From an uncultured Bacteroidota bacterium (GTDB lineage: Bacteria > Bacteroidota > Bacteroidia > Bacteroidales > F082), in contig CALDOI010000142.1 in NCBI GenBank assembly GCA_937912115.1, positions 2,098-66,097 on the forward strand: DNA of 64,000 bases, written 5' to 3'. The notes beneath the pieces were generated by a model. The model did no database searches and was not told the DNA's origin. It saw only the letters and a program-made list of their open reading frames with translations. The position numbers and the translations under genes were made by a program. Of this stretch, positions 10,079-19,288 are shown piece after piece. Each line of letters starts with the position of its first letter. Position 1 is the stretch's first letter.

Positions 10079-11289
10079 AAATAATCGCCAATAACATAGG
10101 TAAGCTCATCCAACAGGTTAGTTACTTAAACGATCTTAAGAATGCCAAAGAAAAAGCAGAAGAAAGCGACCGTTTAAAATCAGCATTTCTGTCGAATATG
10201 AGTCATGAAATACGTACTCCCATGAATGGGATTCTTGGGTTTTCATCTTTACTTAAAAAACCAGGACTTACTGGCCAAACAAAGGATGAATACATAAAAA
10301 TAATTGAAAAAAGCGGTGCCCGAATGCTAAGTACAATAAATGATATTATAGATATTTCGAAAGTTGAATCAGGACAAATGAAAATTTCCATAACAGAAGT
10401 CGAAATAAACGAACAAATCGTAAATCTTCATGCATTTTTCAATCCTGAAGCAACAAAAAAGAATATACAGCTTTCATATAAAAATGGTTTAAAAAAACAT
10501 GAATCAATTATTAAAACTGATCTTGAGAAAGTATATTCCATCCTAACCAACCTCATTAAAAATGCAATAAAATACTCAAACGAGGGAAAAATTGAATTTG
10601 GGTATAAAATTGTAGATAATGAAGACCTTAAATTTTTAGAATTCTTTGTAAAGGACACGGGAATAGGAATTCCTCTAGAAAGACAGCATGCTGTTTTCGA
10701 TCGTTTTGTACAGGCCGATATTGAAGACGAACATGTTTATGAAGGATCGGGTTTGGGTTTAACAATTTCAAAGGCCTATATAGAAATGCTTGGGGGCAAA
10801 ATATGGTTGGAATCTCAGGAAGGGATTGGCTCACAGTTTTATTTTACAATTCCATATATCCAAAGTGAGGAAGCTGAACCTAAAAGTAAATTTGTGAAAC
10901 CAGAATCTACAACTGATCCTCAAAAAATGAAACTAAAAGTACTTATTGCCGAAGACGATGAATTTTCAAATACACATTTATCAATTTTATTAAAAGATAT
11001 AAGTAAAGAAATTTTGCATTGTAATAATGGTAAAGAAGTAATTGCAATTTGCAAAGATAATCCCGATATTGATTTAATTTTGATGGATATTAAAATGCCA
11101 GTCATGGATGGTTACGAAGCTACACGACAGATCCGAGGATTCAACAAAGACGTAATAATTATTGCTCAAACTGCATATGCACTAATAGGTGATCGAGAAA
11201 AAGCACTTGAAGCTGGTTGTAATGATTATATCACTAAACCTATCAACAAAATGGAGCTCTTTAATAAGGTCTCAAATTTGTTCATATAA
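10066..11289 (+). CDS. Sensor-less hybrid histidine kinase (HisKA-HATPase-REC)
   Basis: Only about 25 aa precede [26 protein letters not shown]. Complete REC ending [10 protein letters not shown]. Overlaps the upstream gene by 13 nt. Confidence 0.85.
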   Translation: MASLEIIANNIGKLIQQVSYLNDLKNAKEKAEESDRLKSAFLSNMSHEIRTPMNGILGFSSLLKKPGLTGQTKDEYIKIIEKSGARMLSTINDIIDISKVESGQMKISITEVEINEQIVNLHAFFNPEATKKNIQLSYKNGLKKHESIIKTDLEKVYSILTNLIKNAIKYSNEGKIEFGYKIVDNEDLKFLEFFVKDTGIGIPLERQHAVFDRFVQADIEDEHVYEGSGLGLTISKAYIEMLGGKIWLESQEGIGSQFYFTIPYIQSEEAEPKSKFVKPESTTDPQKMKLKVLIAEDDEFSNTHLSILLKDISKEILHCNNGKEVIAICKDNPDIDLILMDIKMPVMDGYEATRQIRGFNKDVIIIAQTAYALIGDREKALEAGCNDYITKPINKMELFNKVSNLFI

Positions 11290-11354
11290 TATAAATAAGA
11301 ATTAATCATCGAATCATTCAGAGATAAAAGAAATTACAATAAACATAGATACTA

Positions 11355-14300
11355 ATGAAGAAAATTCTAGCTATAGACGACCAAAAAGACAACCTCACTA
11401 CTATAAAGGCCGTATTAGACAGTCAATTGCCTGGCATTAAAATATTAAACGCGCTTTCAGGTGCAGAAGGAATTAAAATTGCAATAAAAGAACAACCCGA
11501 CACCATTATTCTGGATTTAATTATGCCAATGATGGATGGCTACGAAGTATGTATAAAACTTAAAGAAAACGAATTTACAAAGCATATTCCAATTATAATG
11601 CTTACTGCCATTAAAACCGATGCTAAAAGTAGAATTAAAGGATTAACACTTGGTGCAGATGCATTTTTATCAAAACCGATTGACCCATTGGAACTATCAA
11701 CTCAGGTAAAGGTAATGTTACGAATAAAAGAGGCTGAGGATAAACTAAGAGATGAAAAAAGTATGCTGGAAAAATTGGTTGAGGAACGTACTGCTAGCCT
11801 GTATGATAGTGAGTTATACTATAGAACATTAATTGAAAACAGCAGCGATGTAATAATCATTATAGATAAAAATGGCAAGTTAGTATTTGAGAGTCAGAGT
11901 AATGAAGTAATTACCGGGTATAAAACAGGTGAATTGTTGGGCGAAAATATTTTTGGAATAATACATGCTGATGATTTAGAGCACGTTTCAATACTATTTG
12001 AGGAGATTATCAAAAAACCACAAGGAATTGAAAATGTAAATTTCAGGATCATACATAAGGATGAAAGTACCAGAAGTATTTCTGGTACTGGGAAAAACAT
12101 GCTTCACTTTCCTAAAATTAACGGAATAGTTTTTAATTACCGAGATGTAACTGAACACACTAAAGCACTTAATGCCAAATTAGAAAGCGATCGGAAATTA
12201 AATACACTTATCAATAACCTCAAAGGAATAGCCTATAGATGTAAAAACGATCGTAATTGGACAATGGAATATTTAAGTGCCGGATTTGAAGAAATAACCG
12301 GTTATAAAGTTGAAGATGTTATTAATAATAAAAAAATGTCTTTCGACGACATCATAGAGCCAGAGGACAGGGATAGAATATGGACAGAAATACAATCGTC
12401 AATTGGGAAAAAAGAATCTTTCGAGTTAAATTATAAAATCAAGACAGCATCCGGTGAAATTAAGTATGTATTGGAAAAAGGAGTGGCAATATATTCTGAA
12501 GATAAAACTAATTTACTTGGTTTAGAGGGTTTTATAACTGATATCACAACACATGTTAGCATCGAAAAGGCCCTAAGAGAAAGTGAAAATAATTTTCGAA
12601 CACTCTTCAATGCTATGACAGATGTAGTGCTGGAATTAGATTATGATGGTCGATTTATCAATATTGCACCTACCTCGCAAGAGCTATTGTATTTACCGCC
12701 AGACGAAATGATTGGCCATACATTACATGAGGTGTTTCCACAACCAGAAGCTGACATTTTTCTTGAATTTGTAAGGAAGTGCATAGATGAAAATGAAATC
12801 AAGAGTTTGATGTATTCTTTGGTTATTAACGACGCAACTAAATGGTTTGAGGGAAGAGGTATTCCCAAATCTACAAATAGTATTCTTTATATCGCCCGTG
12901 ATATTACAATGGCTAAAAAATCAGAGGATGAATTTAGAAAGCTTTCGTCAGCTGTTAAACAAAGCCCTTCAGTATTTGTTATTACTGATATTGACGGAAA
13001 AATAGAATATGTAAACCCAAAATTTACTGAACTTACAGGGTATGAACCTGAAGAGGTTATTGGTCGAAAATCAAATATTCTTAAATCCGGACATCAAACA
13101 CTTGAAGAATATAAAGAACTTTGGGAAACTATAATCAGTGGTGATAAGTGGAAAGGCGAATTCCATAACAAGAAAAAGAATGGGAAATTATTTTGGGAAG
13201 AGGCTTCCATATCACCTATTATCGATGAAAATGGTAAAATCATAAATTTTATAAAGGTAGCCGAAGATATTACAGAGCAGAAAAAGGCAAAAAAGGCATT
13301 ACAGGAGAGCGAATATAAGTATCAAAAACTAATTGAAACATCATCCGAAGGATTCTGGCTTATTGACACAAAAGGCGTAACACTAGATGTTAATTTAGCG
13401 TTATGTGAAATGTTAGGCTATACCCGGGAAGAAATTATGGGCAAAACTCCGTACGACTTTGCGGAAAATGAAAATATTAGAATATTTAAAGAACAAATAG
13501 CAAGGGCAAATAGTGATAAACAAAGAAAATATGAAATAAGTCTAAGAACTAAAAGTGGAAACTATATTCCCACATTATTTAATGCAACATCAATTTCAGA
13601 TAATGATGGAAAATTTGCCGGCTCATTTGCTTTTATAACAAATATAAGTGAAAATAAACGAGCAGCTCAACTTCAAAAAGTACTTTATAATATTTCAAAT
13701 GCGGCCATATCTTCGGGTAATTTAAATACACTAATAGCCTTAATTCAGGAAGAACTTGGTAAAATAATTGACACAACAAACTTTTTTGTAGCTCTATATA
13801 ACAAGGAAACCAATATGTTATCCCTACCATTCTTTTCTGATCAAAAGGATAAAATGGTGTCGATACCCAGTGGAAAATCACTAACGGATTATGTTATCAG
13901 AACTCAAAAATCATTACTTGCTAACAGAAAAGACAAAGCAAAGCTTGAGGAGTTGGGTGAAATCAGGAGGATAGGTTCTGATTCTAAAATCTGGCTTGGA
14001 GTACCCTTAAAAATAGAAAATGAAGTAATTGGTGTACTGGTAGTACAAAGCTATACCGATGAAAAGGCATTTAATGAGTCGGACATGAAAATGCTTGAAT
14101 TTATTTCTGAACAAGTTAGTATTTCCATTAATAAAAAGAAAGTTGAAGAAGGTATGATCTCTGCTCTTGAAAAAGCTACCGAATCTGACAGATTAAAGAC
14201 CGCATTCCTGCAAAATATTAGTCATGAAATACGTACTCCAATGAATGGGATAATGGGGTTCACAGGATTATTAAAAGATACCACATTGAGTGGCACGGAA

Positions 14301-15296
14301 CAACAATCGTATTTGGATGTGATATTAATAAGCGGACATAGAATGCTAAATACTCTTAACGACCTTATGGATATGTCGATGCTCGAAACCGGTCAGGTTA
14401 AAATGAATATTAGCACTATAAATATTAATGATGAGCTTAGCATTCTTTATAATTTTTTCAAACTTGAAGTTGAGAAAAAAGGAATGCTGATAAACTTCCA
14501 AACTGCCTTACCAAATAATGAAGTAGTTATTAAAACTGATCGTGAAAAACTTTTCGCCATACTATCAAACCTTATTAAAAATGCCATTAAATATAGTCAT
14601 ATAGGGAGTATTAGTTTTGGATATGTACTAAAGGGCTATTTCCTTGAGTTTTTTGTGGAAGATACAGGTATTGGTATTCCAAAAGACAGGCAACAAGCAA
14701 TTTTTGACAGATTTGTACAAGCTGATATAGAGGACATTAAAGTTTATGAGGGTTCCGGTCTTGGTTTATCAATCTCAAAAGCATATATTGAGTTAATTGG
14801 TGGTGAAATCTGGGTTGAATCAACAGAGGGAAAAGGATCAAAATTTTACTTTACATTACCCTATAATCCCGAATCGATAACAATGGAATTTGATGAAACT
14901 GAAATATCAGAAATAAAAACTTCATTTCAACAAAAACAATTAAAAATACTAATTGCTGAAGATGAAGAAATAGCGTTTGATTATTTACATATTGTTCTTG
15001 AAAATTCCGGGACTGAATTAATAAATGCTAAAAATGGGGCTGAAGCCGTGGATGTTATGCGAAATAATCCGGATATAGATTTAGTACTTATGGATATTAG
15101 AATGCCAATTATGGATGGTTATGAGGCAACACATGAAATAAGGAGTTTTAATAAAGATGTAGTGATAATTGCGCAAACGGCATATGCGTTGGCTGGCGAC
15201 AAAGAGAAAGCTCTTAATGCGGGTTGTAACGATTATATATCGAAGCCAATTAGCAGAAATAAATTATTGGAATTGATTAACAAATATTATAGTTAG
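11355..15296 (+). CDS. Hybrid histidine kinase REC-5xPAS-GAF-HisKA-HATPase-REC
   Basis: N-terminal REC (KILAIDD..IILDLIMP), PAS repeats, GAF (WLGVPLKIENEVIGVLVVQSY), FLQNISHEIRTP, C-terminal REC AGCNDYISKP. Confidence 0.9.
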   Translation: MKKILAIDDQKDNLTTIKAVLDSQLPGIKILNALSGAEGIKIAIKEQPDTIILDLIMPMMDGYEVCIKLKENEFTKHIPIIMLTAIKTDAKSRIKGLTLGADAFLSKPIDPLELSTQVKVMLRIKEAEDKLRDEKSMLEKLVEERTASLYDSELYYRTLIENSSDVIIIIDKNGKLVFESQSNEVITGYKTGELLGENIFGIIHADDLEHVSILFEEIIKKPQGIENVNFRIIHKDESTRSISGTGKNMLHFPKINGIVFNYRDVTEHTKALNAKLESDRKLNTLINNLKGIAYRCKNDRNWTMEYLSAGFEEITGYKVEDVINNKKMSFDDIIEPEDRDRIWTEIQSSIGKKESFELNYKIKTASGEIKYVLEKGVAIYSEDKTNLLGLEGFITDITTHVSIEKALRESENNFRTLFNAMTDVVLELDYDGRFINIAPTSQELLYLPPDEMIGHTLHEVFPQPEADIFLEFVRKCIDENEIKSLMYSLVINDATKWFEGRGIPKSTNSILYIARDITMAKKSEDEFRKLSSAVKQSPSVFVITDIDGKIEYVNPKFTELTGYEPEEVIGRKSNILKSGHQTLEEYKELWETIISGDKWKGEFHNKKKNGKLFWEEASISPIIDENGKIINFIKVAEDITEQKKAKKALQESEYKYQKLIETSSEGFWLIDTKGVTLDVNLALCEMLGYTREEIMGKTPYDFAENENIRIFKEQIARANSDKQRKYEISLRTKSGNYIPTLFNATSISDNDGKFAGSFAFITNISENKRAAQLQKVLYNISNAAISSGNLNTLIALIQEELGKIIDTTNFFVALYNKETNMLSLPFFSDQKDKMVSIPSGKSLTDYVIRTQKSLLANRKDKAKLEELGEIRRIGSDSKIWLGVPLKIENEVIGVLVVQSYTDEKAFNESDMKMLEFISEQVSISINKKKVEEGMISALEKATESDRLKTAFLQNISHEIRTPMNGIMGFTGLLKDTTLSGTEQQSYLDVILISGHRMLNTLNDLMDMSMLETGQVKMNISTININDELSILYNFFKLEVEKKGMLINFQTALPNNEVVIKTDREKLFAILSNLIKNAIKYSHIGSISFGYVLKGYFLEFFVEDTGIGIPKDRQQAIFDRFVQADIEDIKVYEGSGLGLSISKAYIELIGGEIWVESTEGKGSKFYFTLPYNPESITMEFDETEISEIKTSFQQKQLKILIAEDEEIAFDYLHIVLENSGTELINAKNGAEAVDVMRNNPDIDLVLMDIRMPIMDGYEATHEIRSFNKDVVIIAQTAYALAGDKEKALNAGCNDYISKPISRNKLLELINKYYS

Positions 15297-15329
15297 TGGA
15301 AATAAAAGAGTTTACCATCTGAGCATGTG

Positions 15330-15441
15330 AACCTGGACGGCACCAATAGGACGCTTTATTTTATTAACAATGTAATGGAGTGTTGGAGTAATAGACTTGG
15401 GAACAGTTTTGCCAATGGTTATACAAATGAAATATTTATAA
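15330..15441. repeat. Dispersed non-coding element, copy 1 (candidate sRNA or miniature repeat)
   Basis: Shares AACCTGGA, a 27-nt block (24/27 identical) and a 30-nt block (27/30 identical) with 19137-19238, in the same order and orientation. Confidence 0.75.
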
Positions 15442-15456
15442 AACCGATTATTTAGT

Positions 15457-15464
15457 TACTTTTG
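15457..15464 (+). promoter_or_regulatory. -7 promoter element TACTTTTG
   Basis: Exact TAnnTTTG 20 nt upstream of the DMT gene ATG. Confidence 0.6.
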
Positions 15465-15483
15465 CCAGCTTGAAAATTACAGT

Positions 15484-16386
15484 ATGCAAATAGGAAAAAA
15501 CCAACTAATTGTAGGAACAATTGCCATTAGTATTTCTGCAATCTTATGGGGCTTTGATGGTGTGGTTCTAACTCCCAGGCTAAACAATCTTGATGTTGGC
15601 TGGGTAGTTTTTATTCTTCATATTATTCCTTTTTTGTTGATGAACGTTTTTTTATTCAAGCAGTATCGTAACCTCAACACGTTCATAAAACAGGATTATA
15701 TACTATTTCTTCTGGTGGCAATATTCGGGGGAGCCATTGGGACAATTTCAATCGTTAAAGCTTTATTTCTTGTAAATTTTCATCAGCTATCTGTAGTTGT
15801 TCTTCTTCAAAAACTACAACCAATTTTTGCAATTATACTTGCCGCAATATTGCTTAAAGAAAAAATTAAAAAGCACTTTGCAATTTGGGCATCGTTGGCA
15901 ATTATAGCAAGTTATTTCCTAACTTTTGGTTATTCACTTCCAAGTATAAGTATGGATGATAATACTATACAGGCTGCCCTATATGCATTACTTGCAGCAT
16001 TTTCCTTTGGTAGTTCAACAGTATTCTCAAAAAAATTATTACATAACCATAACTTCATTACAGCTACTTTTTTTAGGTATGGTTTTACAAGCTTAATTCT
16101 TCTTGTATATGTGTTAATTTCAGGAAGTTTTGCTCAATTTGAAATTACCACCCCAACAAACTGGATATACTTTGTTATAATTGGACTAACTACCGGATCG
16201 GGAGCCATATTTATATATTACTATGGATTACGAAGAGTTAAAGCCATTGTTGCAACCATTAGCGAACTATTATTTCCTGTTTCGGCAATTCTGTTTGATT
16301 ACCTTTTCAACGGAAGTATGCTCTCACCAGTGCAATTAATAAGTGCTGTTATTATGGTTTTCGCCATTATCAAGCTAAATAGCTAG
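15484..16386 (+). CDS. DMT/EamA family transporter
   Basis: About 10 hydrophobic helices in two EamA repeats; LLQKLQPIFAIILAAILLKE; YYYGLRRVKA...ELLFPVSAILFDY. Confidence 0.9.
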   Translation: MQIGKNQLIVGTIAISISAILWGFDGVVLTPRLNNLDVGWVVFILHIIPFLLMNVFLFKQYRNLNTFIKQDYILFLLVAIFGGAIGTISIVKALFLVNFHQLSVVVLLQKLQPIFAIILAAILLKEKIKKHFAIWASLAIIASYFLTFGYSLPSISMDDNTIQAALYALLAAFSFGSSTVFSKKLLHNHNFITATFFRYGFTSLILLVYVLISGSFAQFEITTPTNWIYFVIIGLTTGSGAIFIYYYGLRRVKAIVATISELLFPVSAILFDYLFNGSMLSPVQLISAVIMVFAIIKLNS

Positions 16387-16519
16387 TATATTTTTAAACA
16401 ATCATTTTCCTTCCTTGCAATGTGTTTAAATTTTTCTTATCTTTAACAATAATTAATTCAAGTGAAGTGGATAAATTAATAGGCAATAATTATAAGAGTT
16501 AAATTTAAAATACGATACT

Positions 16520-16759
16520 ATGTCAGACGATTTAAAATTAGTTTACACCGGATCGCGGGTAGAAAGCCTTTTTTTAGAGGAGATGCTTGTGGAAAATGAA
16601 ATTGGTGTAATCCGGAGAGATACACTTAGTGCAAGTGTACAGGCAGGTTGGGCAAATGGATCACCTGAAGATGCTGTAAGAATATTTGTTGATCCACATA
16701 ACTTTGAAAAGGCAAAAAAAATTCTGAACGATTACTTTGCCTCACGTGATGATGGTTAG
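16520..16759 (+). CDS. DUF2007-type putative signal-transducing protein
   Basis: 79 aa with the pattern VYTGS..E...L...L.ENEI...; VRIFV...FEKAKKIL. Confidence 0.75.
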   Translation: MSDDLKLVYTGSRVESLFLEEMLVENEIGVIRRDTLSASVQAGWANGSPEDAVRIFVDPHNFEKAKKILNDYFASRDDG

Positions 16760-16810
16760 TTGCCATATTCAGATGATGAAAATCATTACTGATACTTGTA
16801 TCTGCGGTTG

Positions 16811-17671
16811 ATGGAAATAGTTGTTTCAACAAACTTTATTCTAGATAATGAAGTTGTTAGCTCCTCCGATTTTAACCGCAAACAACTTAGCAATGGTATT
16901 GTTATCTATGAAGTTATAAGAGTTAGTAACAGTATACCTCTGTTTCTGGGAGCTCATATTGACAGATTCATTATTTCAATTAATAAACTTGGGGTAAAAA
17001 CTAATGTTTCGATATCTACTATAGCATCCCGAATTAGTACACTGATTAACATAAATAATCTTTCCATTGGAAATATAAGGTTTCAGCTTTGTTTTAGTAA
17101 AAATAGCCAAACAACATTTTCAGCTTGGATTGTTCCACATTCCTATCCAGATAAAGAACTTTATATAACAGGAATAAAGGTGGCAACATTAGCAAGTCAA
17201 CGAAATAACCCTAATCTGAAAATATTTAATTCTAATTTCAAAAGTAGTATTTCAAAACATAAATTAGAACTTGGAGTATATGAATTATTGCTGGTAAACG
17301 AAAATGGATTTGTAACAGAAGGAAGTAAATCCAATATTTTCTTTTTAAAAGATAATTCATTAATTACACCTAAAACTGAACAAGTACTTCCAGGAATTAC
17401 ACGCATGAAAGTAATTCAAATTGCAGGAAGCATGGGTATTAAGCTATTGGAGAAAAAAATTAGCAGTACATCTCTAAAGATTTATGATAGTGCATTTATT
17501 AGTGGAACCTCGCCTAAGATTCTCCCCATTAGAAATATTGATGAAATCCAATTTAATACCAAGAATGATACAATTAATAAAGTTATGGACGAATATGAAT
17601 TAATGGTAGCCAAGGATATGCTATCATTTAATTGGGATCATTACACAAATGGACGACTACCTGACAAGTAG
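16811..17671 (+). CDS. PLP-dependent class IV aminotransferase (IlvE/Dat/PabC family)
   Basis: IYEVIRV, HIDRF, RNNPNLK, TEGSKSNIFF, VLPGITR, FISGTS. ATG at 16811 preferred to the TTG at 16796. Confidence 0.85.
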   Translation: MEIVVSTNFILDNEVVSSSDFNRKQLSNGIVIYEVIRVSNSIPLFLGAHIDRFIISINKLGVKTNVSISTIASRISTLININNLSIGNIRFQLCFSKNSQTTFSAWIVPHSYPDKELYITGIKVATLASQRNNPNLKIFNSNFKSSISKHKLELGVYELLLVNENGFVTEGSKSNIFFLKDNSLITPKTEQVLPGITRMKVIQIAGSMGIKLLEKKISSTSLKIYDSAFISGTSPKILPIRNIDEIQFNTKNDTINKVMDEYELMVAKDMLSFNWDHYTNGRLPDK

Positions 17672-17734
17672 TTATTCAGATTTTTCAGCATTTCATTTTT
17701 TTGTAATTTTACACAATTAAGTCAATACAATAAA

Positions 17735-18607
17735 ATGCACCAATTAAAAGCATTATCAACATATTCATATAAAGTACTCATCATTATTATCATCATGTTA
17801 ATTCCATTTTCGATGATGAGTCAGAAAAAAATACCTGATGATTTTTGCATAAGTAGTGATGAACTGAGCTTATTTGAAAGGGTTAACCAATTGCTGGTTG
17901 ATTACGGTAAGACCAAATTACAGTTATCTTCTTCACTCTCTTATGTTGCAGAAGTTCATATAAATGATCTGAAAAACAACCATCCCGACACCAGTATTTG
18001 CAATCTATCAAGTTGGTCGGATAAAGGCACATGGACTCCATGTTGCTATAATAAATACGTACACGATCCTGACTGCATGTGGGACAAACCAAAAGAGTTA
18101 ACTCCATACCCATATCGAGGTTACGAATTGGTAACCTATTTTGAAGATGGATTTAATAATGACTCAGTTATAAATCTATGGTCCGATTCGAAGGAAGTAT
18201 TGGATATGTTTCTCGCACAGGGTGATTTTTCACAAAAAAAATGGGTTTGTGGCGGACTAGCCATTGGACAAAACTATGTTTCGATGTGGTTTGCTCAAAG
18301 AAAGGACACGCAAAAACCGGCCATAGTTTGTGAGAATGAACATAGAGGTAATGATAGCTTATCAAAAGTTATTGCCACCAATAGCTCGAATGTTTATTAC
18401 TTAATATTTGGTAGTTTTCCAAGTATGCATAATGCTCGTGAGGCTCTTAAAAAAGCCAAAGCCGACGATTTTAAAAAATCAGATATTCTTGCCAAAAACA
18501 ACAAGATCCGTATTTATTTAAACAAATATAGTAGTTTAAAAGAAGCCCTATACGCAAAACAACAATTGCCCTATGCTTACCGTGAAGCATGGATACTTAA
18601 GGACTAA
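17735..18607 (+). CDS. Exported Cys-rich CAP/SCP-like protein with C-terminal SPOR domain
   Basis: Signal peptide; LSSSLSYVAEVH..CNLSSWS..WTPCCY..CMWDKPKELTPY..GYE block; C-terminal YYLIFGSF...NA..RIYL..Y....EA...AWIL (SPOR). Confidence 0.65.
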   Translation: MHQLKALSTYSYKVLIIIIIMLIPFSMMSQKKIPDDFCISSDELSLFERVNQLLVDYGKTKLQLSSSLSYVAEVHINDLKNNHPDTSICNLSSWSDKGTWTPCCYNKYVHDPDCMWDKPKELTPYPYRGYELVTYFEDGFNNDSVINLWSDSKEVLDMFLAQGDFSQKKWVCGGLAIGQNYVSMWFAQRKDTQKPAIVCENEHRGNDSLSKVIATNSSNVYYLIFGSFPSMHNAREALKKAKADDFKKSDILAKNNKIRIYLNKYSSLKEALYAKQQLPYAYREAWILKD

Positions 18608-18622
18608 ATACCAGAATTTCAT

Positions 18623-19117
18623 ATGGAAAGTACAATCAGTTATATAATAATTATTGTAATTGTAATTCTGTCGATTATGGTTTATAATTATAAAAAGAAA
18701 CAAACTCGTCGGTATTTGCTTTCTGTACAGCAGTTTCCTGAGCTAAATCTTGAGATAAAAATTCAGAAACACCTTGGAGTAATAAACGCCATACTTGTAG
18801 TTGTTTATCCAAAAACAGATTTAATACTAGCAGATATTAAAATAGAACTAATATCTGCAAAAAGAGAATTCAATTACTATTCGCTTGATCATCTGATACA
18901 CAATATCAACCTCCCGACTAATATTGTGAAAAATAAAATGATAGAATTTGAAGTTCCCTTTGAATCATTCAAATCACTATTGGCAGATGGGGAGCATCCA
19001 TTCCGTACATTTCGTTTTTTGGTAACTTCAAATATCAACAAGCCCTATAAATCACACGAAATGGGGTTTAATAAGAAATGGGTAATTTATCGGCCTGATA
19101 CCGGTAGTTACAATTAA
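18623..19117 (+). CDS. Hypothetical protein with N-terminal membrane anchor
   Basis: Hydrophobic N-terminus followed by KKKQTRR; 15 nt downstream of the previous gene. Confidence 0.65.
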   Translation: MESTISYIIIIVIVILSIMVYNYKKKQTRRYLLSVQQFPELNLEIKIQKHLGVINAILVVVYPKTDLILADIKIELISAKREFNYYSLDHLIHNINLPTNIVKNKMIEFEVPFESFKSLLADGEHPFRTFRFLVTSNINKPYKSHEMGFNKKWVIYRPDTGSYN

Positions 19118-19136
19118 ACCCGGATTCATAAAGGCC

Positions 19137-19238
19137 AACCTGGATTGGCCCATTTGGCATTTTTTTTATTAACTATGTTATGGAGTGATGAACGTGGAGT
19201 GCCGTTTTGCCAATAGTTACTCAAATGAAATATAATAA
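19137..19238. repeat. Dispersed non-coding element, copy 2
   Basis: Homologous to 15330-15441. Its left end overlaps the hairpin GGCCAA-CCTGGA-TTGGCC (19133-19150) between convergent genes. Confidence 0.75.
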
Positions 19239-19288
19239 CACAAGAAAGTTTTATGAAAAACAAGTTAACCCTATAGTATTTTCAAATA

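Noticed and set aside
15395..15416. Sigma-54 promoter (TGGCA on the minus strand) within the dispersed element
   Set aside because: The -12 TTGC is missing at the required spacing in both copies.
15327..15455. Short GTG-started + strand ORF across element copy 1
   Set aside because: Copy 2 has stops and indels in the equivalent frame, so the conservation is not at protein level.
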